Assembly: GCA_041650335.1 (NCBI GenBank)
Contig: JBAZLK010000001.1
Location: forward strand, 100,940-164,939
Length of the DNA stretch: 64,000 nt
Direction of reading: 5' to 3'
Source: Patescibacteria group bacterium
Lineage (GTDB): Bacteria > Patescibacteriota > Patescibacteriia > JAHIZJ01
Both the position numbers and the translations under genes were made by a program. Below are positions 22,100-31,458 of this stretch, piece by piece. How positions within the stretch are numbered: the first letter of the stretch is position 1; every line of letters starts with the position of its first letter. The notes under the pieces are model-generated. The model searched no databases. It saw nothing but the letters and a program-made list of their open reading frames with translations, and had not been told where the DNA came from.

Positions 22100-22441
22100 A
22101 TGTCACGAAGTTTAAAAAAAGGACCCTATACCGATCCCAAACTGCTCAAGAAAATGTCGAAAGTGCGCGCGGGCGACAAAACGGTCATAAAAACATGGTC
22201 GCGCGACTCAGTGATCACCCCGGAAATGGTGGGATTTACCTTTGGTGTGCATAACGGTCGTGAGCATCTGCCGGTCTTCGTTGTTGAAAACATGGTTGGC
22301 CACAAACTTGGCGAGTTTGCGCCGACGCGCAAGTTTGTCCGGCATGGCGGTCGGATGCAACGGGAACAGGAAATAGCTGCCGCGGAAGCCGAACGTCAGC
22401 AAATTAATGCACCCCCGCCAGCTGAAAAAGGAGCTAAATAA
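22100..22441 (+). CDS. rpsS: 30S ribosomal protein uS19
   Basis: [19 protein letters not shown]. Confidence 0.98.
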   Translation: MSRSLKKGPYTDPKLLKKMSKVRAGDKTVIKTWSRDSVITPEMVGFTFGVHNGREHLPVFVVENMVGHKLGEFAPTRKFVRHGGRMQREQEIAAAEAERQQINAPPPAEKGAK

Positions 22442-22446
22442 CATCT

Positions 22447-22989
22447 ATGGAAGTCACCGCTCAGCTTAAACATCTCCAAACCTCGGCCAGAAAAGTTCGC
22501 CTGGCCACCCAATTTATCAAGGGACTTGATGTTTTGGTTGCGCGCCAGCAGCTGATGTTTTCGCCGCGGGCGAGCGCACGACCAGTGCTGAAGCTCTTAA
22601 ATTCGGCGATTGCAAACGCTGAGAAAAACTTCGAGCTCGATAAGGAAAATTTGTATATTAAAAGCGTGCTCATTAATGAAGGAACGACGCTGAAACGGTA
22701 TATGTCGCGCGCCTTTGGCCGGGCCGCCGTGATCCGGAAGCGGGCCAGCCACATTATTCTGGTTCTGGCGGAAAAGAAACCTTCTTCACCCAAGAAAAAA
22801 TCGACCAAACCAGCGGCCGGCAAGAAACAAACTCCCGAGCAGATTGTGAGCTATAAAGACTTGACTCGGACGCAAACTGACCGAAAGGATAATAAACCGA
22901 GCTTTGAGGAAATCAAGAAAGAGCGAAAACCCTTCATTAATATCAAAGAAATAAAAGATAAATTTATCCGTCGCAGCGGCGAAGGTTAA
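22447..22989 (+). CDS. rplV: 50S ribosomal protein uL22 with ~70-aa C-terminal extension
   Basis: SARKVR, SAIANA, RAFGRA...SHI core. Confidence 0.97.
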   Translation: MEVTAQLKHLQTSARKVRLATQFIKGLDVLVARQQLMFSPRASARPVLKLLNSAIANAEKNFELDKENLYIKSVLINEGTTLKRYMSRAFGRAAVIRKRASHIILVLAEKKPSSPKKKSTKPAAGKKQTPEQIVSYKDLTRTQTDRKDNKPSFEEIKKERKPFINIKEIKDKFIRRSGEG

Positions 22990-22999
22990 ACAATATTTT

Positions 23000-23671
23000 A
23001 TGGGACAAAAGGTAGATCCACGCAGTTTTAGACTCAAACAATCGCAGACCTGGCGGTCAAAATGGTTCGCCCGGAAAGGTTTTGGCGACTATCTGGCGCA
23101 CGATCATGCCATTCGCTCATTTTTGACGAAAAAAATGAAGGAAGCCGGTCTCTCGCGGGTTGAAATTGAACGCTCGGCGAATGCGATTACTGTTACCGTC
23201 TTTACCTCGCGACCTGGTGTTGTTATCGGTCGGGGCGGCGCTGGCGTTGAAGACTTAAAAAAGACACTGAAGCAAAAATACCTCAAACCGCGGCAGGAGC
23301 TCCGCTTGAATATCCAGGAAGTCACGAAGCCGTATTTAGATGCGGAAATTGTCGTCCGGATGATGGCCGAACAAATTGAGAAACGGATGCCGTTCCGGCG
23401 AGTTCTGAAACAAATGGTGACACAGGTTGAGCGGGCCGGCGCCAAGGGCGTGAAGCTTATTGTGGCCGGACGACTGAATGGCGCGGAGATCGCCCGGACG
23501 GAAAAACAGACTTCCGGTAAAGTGCCGCTTCATACCATCCGGGCGGATATTGACTATGCGCAAGGCGTGGCCATGACGGCCTACGGCACGATCGGCATCA
23601 AGGCCTGGATCTATAAAGGTGAGGTTTTCCAAACGAAAAAAGGAACAGTACCTGAAACAACAAACGCATGA
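23000..23671 (+). CDS. rpsC: 30S ribosomal protein uS3
   Basis: MGQKV, GRLNGAEIAR. Confidence 0.98.
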   Translation: MGQKVDPRSFRLKQSQTWRSKWFARKGFGDYLAHDHAIRSFLTKKMKEAGLSRVEIERSANAITVTVFTSRPGVVIGRGGAGVEDLKKTLKQKYLKPRQELRLNIQEVTKPYLDAEIVVRMMAEQIEKRMPFRRVLKQMVTQVERAGAKGVKLIVAGRLNGAEIARTEKQTSGKVPLHTIRADIDYAQGVAMTAYGTIGIKAWIYKGEVFQTKKGTVPETTNA

Positions 23672-24078
23672 CATTGCTCAATCCACGAAAAGTTAAACAT
23701 CGGAAATGGCAGCGCGGCCGTCAGCGCGGTTTAGCGGTGCGGAAAACCCGGGTCGCCTTCGGGAGTTATGGTTTAAAAGCGCTCACCGGCAGTCTGGTAA
23801 CGGCGCGACAGCTCGAAGCGGCGCGGCGCGCGATCATTCGTTTTGTCCAGCGCGGCGGAAAAACGTGGATTCGCATTTTTCCTGACAAACCGATGACGCT
23901 GAAAGGCTCTGAAGTCCGGATGGGCGGCGGGAAAGGGGCCGTCGATCACTACGTCGCGGTTGTCAAACCTGGCACGGTCATGATTGAAATTGATGGTGTT
24001 ACCGAAGCGGTGGCGCGCGAGGCCTTCCGTTTAGCTGGTCACAAGTTGCCGGTTCGAACATCTTTTATCGAAAAATAA
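23668..24078 (+). CDS. rplP: 50S ribosomal protein uL16
   Basis: RIFPDKP, RMGGGKG. Confidence 0.98.
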   Translation: MTLLNPRKVKHRKWQRGRQRGLAVRKTRVAFGSYGLKALTGSLVTARQLEAARRAIIRFVQRGGKTWIRIFPDKPMTLKGSEVRMGGGKGAVDHYVAVVKPGTVMIEIDGVTEAVAREAFRLAGHKLPVRTSFIEK

Positions 24079-24079
24079 T

Positions 24080-24292
24080 ATGAAAATAGCCGAACTAAAA
24101 ACTAAATCAACCGCCGAACTCCAGAGTTTTTTACGCGAGTGTCGGGCGAAGGAACGCGACCTTCACTTTAAAATTGCGGTGAAGCAAGCCAAGGACGTGC
24201 GCGAAATACGCGATTTAAAAAAAACCATTGCAAAAATAATGACCTTATTGAATACGCCAGAACATAAGCAAACTCATTTACCCAAGACGTAA
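24080..24292 (+). CDS. rpmC: 50S ribosomal protein uL29
   Basis: Gene order; KKTIAKIMT. Confidence 0.93.
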   Translation: MKIAELKTKSTAELQSFLRECRAKERDLHFKIAVKQAKDVREIRDLKKTIAKIMTLLNTPEHKQTHLPKT

Positions 24293-24293
24293 T

Positions 24294-24539
24294 ATGGATC
24301 AGACCAAGGTAAAAAAACGAATTCTCTCCGGCATCGTCGTCAGTGACAAGATGGACAAAACGATTGTCGTTCGGGTTGATCGAACCAAGGTGCATCCGCT
24401 CTATCACCGCCGCTATCACGTGAGCAAAACCTACCATGTCCACGATCCGGAAAAGTCGTTTCACGTTGGCGACCGCGTCGAGATCCAGGAAATCCGGCCG
24501 TTATCACGCACCATTCGCTGGCAGGTAATCAAGAAATAA
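24294..24539 (+). CDS. rpsQ: 30S ribosomal protein uS17
   Basis: SDKMDKT, HPLY, RPLS. Confidence 0.97.
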   Translation: MDQTKVKKRILSGIVVSDKMDKTIVVRVDRTKVHPLYHRRYHVSKTYHVHDPEKSFHVGDRVEIQEIRPLSRTIRWQVIKK

Positions 24540-24548
24540 ACAACCACC

Positions 24549-24920
24549 ATGATTCAAGTTGGCACATATCTAACCGTCGCAGACAACACCGGAGCCAAGC
24601 GTCTCAAGTGTATTCGGGTGTTGGGCGGCAATCGGAAGCGCTATTCACGCGTCGGCGAAATCGTTACCGCGGTCATTAAAGAAGCAATGCCGCACACCCA
24701 GGTAAAGAAAAGTGAAATCGTCCACGTGGTCATTGTTCGGCAGCGCAAGGAATTACGCCGCGCCGACGGCAGCTATATCAGGTTTGATGATAACGCCGGC
24801 GTTATTGTCGATCAGAAATCGAAGGAACCGAAAGGCTCACGCATTTTTGGCCCGGTAGCGCGCGAGCTGCGGGCGAAAGGTTTTATGAAAATTATTTCAC
24901 TTGCCCCGGAGGTACTCTAA
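24549..24920 (+). CDS. rplN: 50S ribosomal protein uL14
   Basis: ADNTGAK, FDDNA, SLAPEVL. Confidence 0.98.
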   Translation: MIQVGTYLTVADNTGAKRLKCIRVLGGNRKRYSRVGEIVTAVIKEAMPHTQVKKSEIVHVVIVRQRKELRRADGSYIRFDDNAGVIVDQKSKEPKGSRIFGPVARELRAKGFMKIISLAPEVL

Positions 24921-24928
24921 TGGAAATA

Positions 24929-25240
24929 ATGAAGATTAAAAAAAACGATATTGTCCTGATCTTGCAGGGGAAGGATCGCGGCAAAAAAGGCAAAGTGTTG
25001 CAAACCCTACCTGAGGATAAGAAAGTAGTGGTTGAGAACGGCAATGTCATGGTTCGCCATCTCCGGCCCCGGAAAATGCGTGAGAAAGGGCAAAAGATAC
25101 ATTTCAATGCTCCACTAGATATCTCAAGCGTGAGCCTGATTTGCCCGAAATGCGGTAAGCAGACCCGCGTGGGCTATAAAATACTGGAGAACAAAAAGAA
25201 AGTTCGTCTCTGCCGGAAATGTAAAGAAGTTATTGATTAA
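24929..25240 (+). CDS. rplX: 50S ribosomal protein uL24 (Zn-ribbon C-terminus)
   Basis: KOW motif GKDRGKKGKV; CPKC...CRKC; alternative start at 24920. Confidence 0.96.
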   Translation: MKIKKNDIVLILQGKDRGKKGKVLQTLPEDKKVVVENGNVMVRHLRPRKMREKGQKIHFNAPLDISSVSLICPKCGKQTRVGYKILENKKKVRLCRKCKEVID

Positions 25241-25246
25241 AAAAAC

Positions 25247-25789
25247 ATGAATCGACTTGAGAAAAAATATCGGAAAGAAATAGTGCCTGAGATGAAGAAA
25301 ACCCTTGGCTTTGCCAATGATTTTGAGGTGCCGCGGATTTTGAAGGTGGTTGTCAACGTCGGTATTGGCAAACTGGCGCGCGAGGAAAAGAACCAAGAGA
25401 GCGTTAAAACCACCCTTCGTCGAATCACCGGTCAGGAGCCACTTCTCACGAAGGCAAAGAAATCTATTTCAAATTTCAAGGTCCGACGCGGCATGGTTGT
25501 CGGCGCCTGCGTGACGCTTCGTCGCGCGCGGATGTATGATTTTCTCGACAAGCTTGTTCACGCAACCTTGCCCCGGGTACGTGATTTCCGCGGGCTGGAC
25601 ACGAAAAATCTTGATGGTCATGGGAATTTAAATATCGGTTTTAAAGAACACACGGTCTTCCCGGAAGTGAAGTCGGATGAAATAGAAACAATCCATGGTC
25701 TTGAAGTCGCTATCGTCACGAATGCGAAAACTGACGAGGTGGCGCAGGCATTATTTGAACGACTCGGTTTTCCCTTTAAAAAAACATAA
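25247..25789 (+). CDS. rplE: 50S ribosomal protein uL5
   Basis: [13 protein letters not shown]. Confidence 0.98.
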   Translation: MNRLEKKYRKEIVPEMKKTLGFANDFEVPRILKVVVNVGIGKLAREEKNQESVKTTLRRITGQEPLLTKAKKSISNFKVRRGMVVGACVTLRRARMYDFLDKLVHATLPRVRDFRGLDTKNLDGHGNLNIGFKEHTVFPEVKSDEIETIHGLEVAIVTNAKTDEVAQALFERLGFPFKKT

Positions 25790-25791
25790 CT

Positions 25792-25977
25792 ATGGCAACA
25801 GCCGCATGGAAAGCAAAAGCAAAGAGGAAACAAAAATACTCGACTCGGGTAATCCGTCGATGCTGGCGCTGTGGCCGGGTTCATGGCTACATGCGGAAGT
25901 TTCGTCTTTGCCGGATTTGTTTCCGGGAAATGGCGAACAAAGGAGAAATCCCCGGGATAACAAAATCAAGCTGGTAA
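25792..25977 (+). CDS. rpsN: 30S ribosomal protein uS14 (type Z, Zn-binding)
   Basis: CWRCGR...LCRICFR, 61 aa. Confidence 0.97.
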   Translation: MATAAWKAKAKRKQKYSTRVIRRCWRCGRVHGYMRKFRLCRICFREMANKGEIPGITKSSW

Positions 25978-26006
25978 GATAACTACTTAAACGGTACACG
26001 ATTGCT

Positions 26007-26396
26007 ATGACTCATGATCCCATCGCAGACATGCTCACGCAGATTCGTAACGCTTCGAAGGTGACGAAAGCGGAGGTTTTGATTCCTTTTTCCAAAGTGA
26101 AAGAAGCGATTGCGGGCATTCTCGCCAAAGAGGGATATATCGAACGGGCTGATAAAGTCGAAGGTCAACCAGCCAGACTACGTTTGGCGTTGAAATACTC
26201 CGGCCGGAAACCGGCGATAACCAGCTTGACGCGGATCAGCAAGCCGGGACGGCGCATTTATGTCTCAAAGGACCGCCTGCCGTGGGTCTTGAACAATTAC
26301 GGCATTGCGATCATCTCGACGTCCTACGGCATCATGTCGAATCGCGAAGCACGCAAAAAGCGGATCGGCGGAGAAATTATTTGTGAGGTATATTAA
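26007..26396 (+). CDS. rpsH: 30S ribosomal protein uS8
   Basis: DPIADML, SKPGRRIY, GGE. Confidence 0.98.
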   Translation: MTHDPIADMLTQIRNASKVTKAEVLIPFSKVKEAIAGILAKEGYIERADKVEGQPARLRLALKYSGRKPAITSLTRISKPGRRIYVSKDRLPWVLNNYGIAIISTSYGIMSNREARKKRIGGEIICEVY

Positions 26397-26400
26397 GTCT

Positions 26401-26958
26401 ATGTCAAAGATTGGTAAAATCCCAGTGCCATTGTCACCCGGCGTCCAACTGACGGTCGGTCACGATAATGTGGTTACAGTCAAAGGCCCGAAAGGGGAGT
26501 TGAAGCAGCTTTTAGATAACCATGTCCAGGTTCGCCAGGAGGACCAGATGATCAAGGTAGGCGTCAAAAACCCAGATGACCGGAACCAACGGGCGTTATG
26601 GGGATTGAGCCGATCGCTTATCAACAATATGGTAATTGGCGTATCAAAAGGCTTTGAAAGGAAACTCGAGATCAATGGTGTCGGGTATCGAGCCGCACTC
26701 CAAGGCCGAACGATTCAGTTGAATCTGGGGTTTTCGCACCCGGTGAACTTCCCCGTGCCAGAGGGCATTGAAGCGAAAATTGAAAAGAACGTCATCACCC
26801 TCACCGGCATCGACAAACACCTGATCGGCGAAGTAGCCGCGCAAATCCGCCGGCTCAAACCGCCGGAACCGTACAAGGGAAAAGGTATTAAATATCTTGA
26901 GGAAGTTATTCGACGCAAGGCCGGAAAAGCGGTCAAGGCGGCCGAAGGAAAGAAATAA
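26401..26958 (+). CDS. rplF: 50S ribosomal protein uL6
   Basis: MSKIGK, PEPYKGKGI. Confidence 0.98.
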   Translation: MSKIGKIPVPLSPGVQLTVGHDNVVTVKGPKGELKQLLDNHVQVRQEDQMIKVGVKNPDDRNQRALWGLSRSLINNMVIGVSKGFERKLEINGVGYRAALQGRTIQLNLGFSHPVNFPVPEGIEAKIEKNVITLTGIDKHLIGEVAAQIRRLKPPEPYKGKGIKYLEEVIRRKAGKAVKAAEGKK

Positions 26959-26970
26959 CAGCGTTTTATT

Positions 26971-27327
26971 ATGGCAAACCTTCAAAAAAAGAAACAGGCG
27001 GGCCGCATTCAACGCCGCCGCCGCGCCCGGTCAAAGATTGTCGGCACCGCCAGCCGTCCGCGCCTGGTTGTGTTCCGAAGCCTGAAGCATGTTTCCGTCC
27101 AAGCGATTGACGATAACCGCGGTCAAACGCTCGTGGCAGTTACTGATCGGGAAGTCGGGAAGAAGCTGTCCGGCGTTGAGGCAGCCAAAGCGGTTGGCGA
27201 ACAGGCAGCGAAAAAGCTGCAGGCCAAAAAGATTACCACGGTGGTTTTTGATCGGAATGGCTACAGATATCACGGTCAGGTGAAAGCCTTGGCCGAAGCG
27301 GCGCGAGCCGGAGGCTTACAATTTTAA
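26971..27327 (+). CDS. rplR: 50S ribosomal protein uL18
   Basis: [19 protein letters not shown]. Confidence 0.98.
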   Translation: MANLQKKKQAGRIQRRRRARSKIVGTASRPRLVVFRSLKHVSVQAIDDNRGQTLVAVTDREVGKKLSGVEAAKAVGEQAAKKLQAKKITTVVFDRNGYRYHGQVKALAEAARAGGLQF

Positions 27328-27335
27328 AGGTGAAC

Positions 27336-27869
27336 ATGGAACCAGATAAACGACCAAGACGAAGAAATCAGCGACGTGAGGAAAAAAAGGATTCTGAATT
27401 CGATCAGCGCGTGATTGAAGTGAAACGCGTCACTCGAGTAATGGCCGGTGGCAAGCGGATGCGTTTTCGGGCCTGCGTTGTGGTTGGCGATGGCAAGGGC
27501 CGGGTCGGCGTCGGCTTGGCCAAAGGGGCAGACGTGACCATCGCGGTAAACAAAGCCGCGCTGAAAGGGCAAAAAGCGTTGATCCGAGTAAACATGGTGA
27601 AAGAAACGATCCCGCACCGCGTCTGGTGCAAATATAAGGCCGCTGAAGTGATTCTCAAGCCCGGCCCAGCCGGTACGGGGGTGGTGGCGGGCGGACCGAC
27701 GCGTTCAGTGGTCGAACTCGCCGGCATTAAGAATATTATTATCAAGATGCTCGGCTCGCGCAATAAGCTCAATAACGTGAAGGCGACGATTGAAGCCTTG
27801 CGCCAGCTCAAAGACATTAAAAAGGATATCCATGGAACTCAGTCTGAATCAACTCCAGACAAAAAATAG
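27336..27869 (+). CDS. rpsE: 30S ribosomal protein uS5
   Basis: RVTRVMAGGKR, GTGVVAGG. Confidence 0.98.
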   Translation: MEPDKRPRRRNQRREEKKDSEFDQRVIEVKRVTRVMAGGKRMRFRACVVVGDGKGRVGVGLAKGADVTIAVNKAALKGQKALIRVNMVKETIPHRVWCKYKAAEVILKPGPAGTGVVAGGPTRSVVELAGIKNIIIKMLGSRNKLNNVKATIEALRQLKDIKKDIHGTQSESTPDKK

Positions 27870-28284
27870 AAAACACCGCCGACGCGTTGGTCGAGGCAGC
27901 GGCTCGGGCCGCGGCACCTACAGCGGCCGGGGGATGAAGGGCCAGAAGTCCCGTTCGGGCGCGAATATCCGGCCGGGTTTTGAAGGTGGTCGGATGCCGC
28001 TCATCCGTCAGGTTCCCAAACGCCGGGGCTTCACGAGCCGATATGAGAAGGCGACAGTCGTTAATATTGGCGATTTGGAAAAAACCTATGCCAATAACGA
28101 GCTGGTCACGCCGGCAAAATTAGCGGAGAAGGGTTTTCTGAAAACAGCCAACCAGTACGTGAAGATATTAGGGAATGGGGAATTGCGGAAGACACTGACC
28201 GTTGAAGCCGATGCATTCTCAAAATCGGCAAAAGATGCTATAACAAAAGCAGGCGGCGCTATCCGCATCCGTCGATCTCTATGA
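27832..28284 (+). CDS. rplO: 50S ribosomal protein uL15
   Basis: RVGRGSGSG, GFEGG. Confidence 0.97.
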   Translation: MELSLNQLQTKNRKHRRRVGRGSGSGRGTYSGRGMKGQKSRSGANIRPGFEGGRMPLIRQVPKRRGFTSRYEKATVVNIGDLEKTYANNELVTPAKLAEKGFLKTANQYVKILGNGELRKTLTVEADAFSKSAKDAITKAGGAIRIRRSL

Positions 28285-29594
28285 ACATTTGGCAGAAAAT
28301 CGTACAAATTTGGCAAATCCGCGATCTTCGGAAGAAGATTTTGTTTGTTTTTGGGATTCTGATTGTTTTCCGGCTCGCGGCCCATATTCCCGTTCCCGGG
28401 GTTGACGTCTCGAACCTAAAGAATTTCTTTAATTCCAACCAGGTCCTTGGTTTGTTGAATGTCTTTTCCGGCGGTGCGTTGGAAAACTTTTCCGTTGTCA
28501 TGCTTGGCCTTTCGCCATACATCACCGCCACGATCATCTTTCAATTGTTGGCTATGATCATCCCGAAATTGGCGGAATTACAAAAAGAGGGGGAGCGCGG
28601 TCAGCAAAAAATAAATCAATATTCGCGGATTTTAACTGTTCCACTGGCGATCCTGCAGGCCTATGGCACGATCACGGTTTTACGGCGCAGCGGCCAAGGC
28701 GCAACCGGCGGGCTATCCAGCGTGCCGGGGGGGATTATTGGAGATTTATCACCCTTCCAGCTCGCCACGGCCATTGTGGCAATCGTCGCCGGCAGCATGT
28801 TCCTGATGTGGCTCGGTGAGCTCATATCCGAGAAACAAATCGGCAATGGCATCTCCTTACTGATCTTTGCTGGTATCGTGGCAGGAGTGCCGTCGGCCGT
28901 TCAAAAAACACTGGCTGTTTTTGATCCGACCAAACTCGCCGGTTTATTGGCCTTTGTGGTCGTGGGCGTGATCACGATCGCCGGCGTTGTTTTCATTACT
29001 GAAGGGCAACGAAACATACCCGTTGCCTATGCCCGGCAAATCCGGGGACGGCGCATGTACGGCGGCACAAGCACGCATCTGCCGATGCGCGTCAATCAAG
29101 CGGGTGTAATCCCAATCATTTTTGCAATTTCGTTGTTGCTGTTGCCGTCAGTGGTTGCCCAATTCTTCGCCCAGTCAAAATCTGCCGCGCTCGCAAATTT
29201 TGCCCATGGCGTGGTCAACCTCTTTAATAACCAGATATTCTATGGCGGGTTTTATTTTCTGTTGGTCGTCGTCTTCACGTATTTTTACACCGCCGTCATA
29301 TTCCATCCTGATCAAATTTCCGAAAACCTCCAGAAGCAGGGCGGCTTTATCCCTGGCATTCGTCCGGGCATGCAAACAGCGGTATATTTAAACAAGGTGA
29401 GCAATCGTATTTTGCTGACCGGCGCACTCTTTCTGGGCGTGATCGCGATCTTGCCTTTTGTGATGCAGGCTGCTACCGGTTTGAGCACCTTAGTCGTTGG
29501 CGGCACCAGCCTTCTGATCGTCGTGAGTGTGGTCATCGAAACCGTCAAGCAGATCAACGCCCAATTGCAGATGCGCGACTACGAAGGCTTCTAA
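28281..29594 (+). CDS. secY: Preprotein translocase SecY
   Basis: 10 TM segments; GNGISL, AGVIPIIFA, IPGIRPG. Confidence 0.99.
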   Translation: MNIWQKIVQIWQIRDLRKKILFVFGILIVFRLAAHIPVPGVDVSNLKNFFNSNQVLGLLNVFSGGALENFSVVMLGLSPYITATIIFQLLAMIIPKLAELQKEGERGQQKINQYSRILTVPLAILQAYGTITVLRRSGQGATGGLSSVPGGIIGDLSPFQLATAIVAIVAGSMFLMWLGELISEKQIGNGISLLIFAGIVAGVPSAVQKTLAVFDPTKLAGLLAFVVVGVITIAGVVFITEGQRNIPVAYARQIRGRRMYGGTSTHLPMRVNQAGVIPIIFAISLLLLPSVVAQFFAQSKSAALANFAHGVVNLFNNQIFYGGFYFLLVVVFTYFYTAVIFHPDQISENLQKQGGFIPGIRPGMQTAVYLNKVSNRILLTGALFLGVIAILPFVMQAATGLSTLVVGGTSLLIVVSVVIETVKQINAQLQMRDYEGF

Positions 29595-29607
29595 GACCGG
29601 AGCCTTT

Positions 29608-30300
29608 ATGGAAACAATAATTCCAAAAATCGTAATTCTGCTCGGCCCGCCCGGGTCGGGCAAGGGAACACAGGCCAAGCTCTTGCAAGAGCGGTACGGT
29701 TACCATTACCTTTCGACCGGTGATCTGATCCGCGAGGCGATCAAAAAAGCGGCCACCGGCGACCCGCTGGCGATGGAAATAAAAAGCCGCTACGACCAAG
29801 GTGAGCCCCAGCCAGACAATTTAATTTTGAAAATGGTTCGTGAACGGCTTAACACGATTGATCTTCGCCAAGGGATTATCTTTGACGCCTTCCCATTATC
29901 TGACCGCCAAGCCTGGGGCTTGGATGAAATCATTGAGGAGTCGGGAAAGCCCGAGGTGGTGGCGCTGAGTGTTGAAGTCGGCGAAGATGAAACGGTGAAG
30001 CGTCTGAGTCTGCGTAAATATTGCCCCCAGGATAACTCGGTCTACTATCCGAAATCACCGACCTACGACCAGGATCTCTGCGCTGTTTGTGGCGGGAAGC
30101 TGATTCGGCGAGCGGATGACGCGCCGGGGGTGGTGCGGGAACGGTATCAAGCGTACCAATCGCGCATTCGGTCGCTCGTCCATTTTTATGAGAAACGACA
30201 TCAATTAATACGGGTGGATGGAGAACAGACGGTTGAAGCCGTGGCCGAGGAAATGTTCAAAAAGCTCGGCGCTTATCGACCGACTCCGACGAACGCATGA
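29608..30300 (+). CDS. adk: Adenylate kinase
   Basis: GPPGSGKGTQ; position after secY. Confidence 0.93.
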   Translation: METIIPKIVILLGPPGSGKGTQAKLLQERYGYHYLSTGDLIREAIKKAATGDPLAMEIKSRYDQGEPQPDNLILKMVRERLNTIDLRQGIIFDAFPLSDRQAWGLDEIIEESGKPEVVALSVEVGEDETVKRLSLRKYCPQDNSVYYPKSPTYDQDLCAVCGGKLIRRADDAPGVVRERYQAYQSRIRSLVHFYEKRHQLIRVDGEQTVEAVAEEMFKKLGAYRPTPTNA

Positions 30301-31055
30301 TTTCAATAAAAAACCAGCGCGAAATAGAATGCTTACGACAGGGCGGGAAAATCCTCGCCCGCGTTTTGAATACCGTCATGGCGGCGGTCCGGCCCGGCGT
30401 TTCAACACAGGAATTGAACGATCTGGCCGAGAAACTCATTCTTGAAGCCGGCGCCGAGCCATCCTTTAAAAACTACCAGGGCTTTCCGGCCGTACTGTGC
30501 ACCTCGGTCAATGATCAGGTCGTCCACGCCATTCCTCGGCCAGACGTCATTATCCGCGACGGCGACATTATCGGGCTCGACCTCGGCCTTTGGTACAAGG
30601 ATTTATGCACGGACATGGCCCGGACGGTCGGCGTTGGTCGCATCCCGAAAGAAAGTCGCCGTCTGATTCGGGTGACCGAGCGGGCGCTCGATAAAGCCAT
30701 TGCCCAAGTCTCGCCTGGTAATCGGATAGGCGATATATCCGCCGCGGTTCAACACTGGGTCGAGTCGCAGGGTTTCTCGGTGGTCCGTTCGCTCTTCGGC
30801 CATGGTGTCGGCTATGCGGTACACGAGGAACCGAGAATTCCGAATTACGGACGGCCGCACACCGGCCCGGTTCTTGAAATCGGCATGGTATTGGCGATTG
30901 AGCCGATGGTCACCGCCGGCCATCATGAAGTGCATACAGCCCCAGACGGCTGGTCAATCTCGACCCGGGATCGCTCATTGGCAGCCCATACGGAAGATAC
31001 CGTCGTGGTGACCGATGACGGTTGCGAAATATTAACGAAAAATTCGGATGGGTAA
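30297..31055 (+). CDS. map: Methionine aminopeptidase type I
   Basis: GHGVG...HEEP, EPM, AAHTEDT. Confidence 0.97.
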   Translation: MISIKNQREIECLRQGGKILARVLNTVMAAVRPGVSTQELNDLAEKLILEAGAEPSFKNYQGFPAVLCTSVNDQVVHAIPRPDVIIRDGDIIGLDLGLWYKDLCTDMARTVGVGRIPKESRRLIRVTERALDKAIAQVSPGNRIGDISAAVQHWVESQGFSVVRSLFGHGVGYAVHEEPRIPNYGRPHTGPVLEIGMVLAIEPMVTAGHHEVHTAPDGWSISTRDRSLAAHTEDTVVVTDDGCEILTKNSDG

Positions 31056-31458
31056 GATATTAGCAATCGACTTTGGTCAGCGTCGGATCGGTCTGGCGTT
31101 ATCGGACGACCAGCAAATTTTTGCCTTACCGCGGCCGACGCTAGAAGTGAACCGTTGGCAGGACGCCCTGGTCATGATCCGGCAATTGTGTGATGAAGAA
31201 AAAGTTGAACGGATAATCGTCGGCCAGCCGGTCTCGCTCGCGGGCGTACAGACCAAACGAAACGATCTCGATGCGTTTGTGGCTGCCTTGCGTGACGCCT
31301 CCGGACGACCGATCGAAACCGTGGATGAACGCCTGACTAGCCGACAGGCGGAACGCGAGCTCGCCGGTCTGCCGAAGCGCCGAGCCAAAGGCGACATTGA
31401 CCGCTTATCAGCCGTCATCATCCTAGAAAATTATCTCGAATGCAACCGTGGCCGTTAG
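31048..31458 (+). CDS. ruvX: YqgF/RuvX pre-16S rRNA nuclease
   Basis: LAIDFG.RRIG, DERLTS, ID..SA. Confidence 0.93.
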   Translation: MGKILAIDFGQRRIGLALSDDQQIFALPRPTLEVNRWQDALVMIRQLCDEEKVERIIVGQPVSLAGVQTKRNDLDAFVAALRDASGRPIETVDERLTSRQAERELAGLPKRRAKGDIDRLSAVIILENYLECNRGR

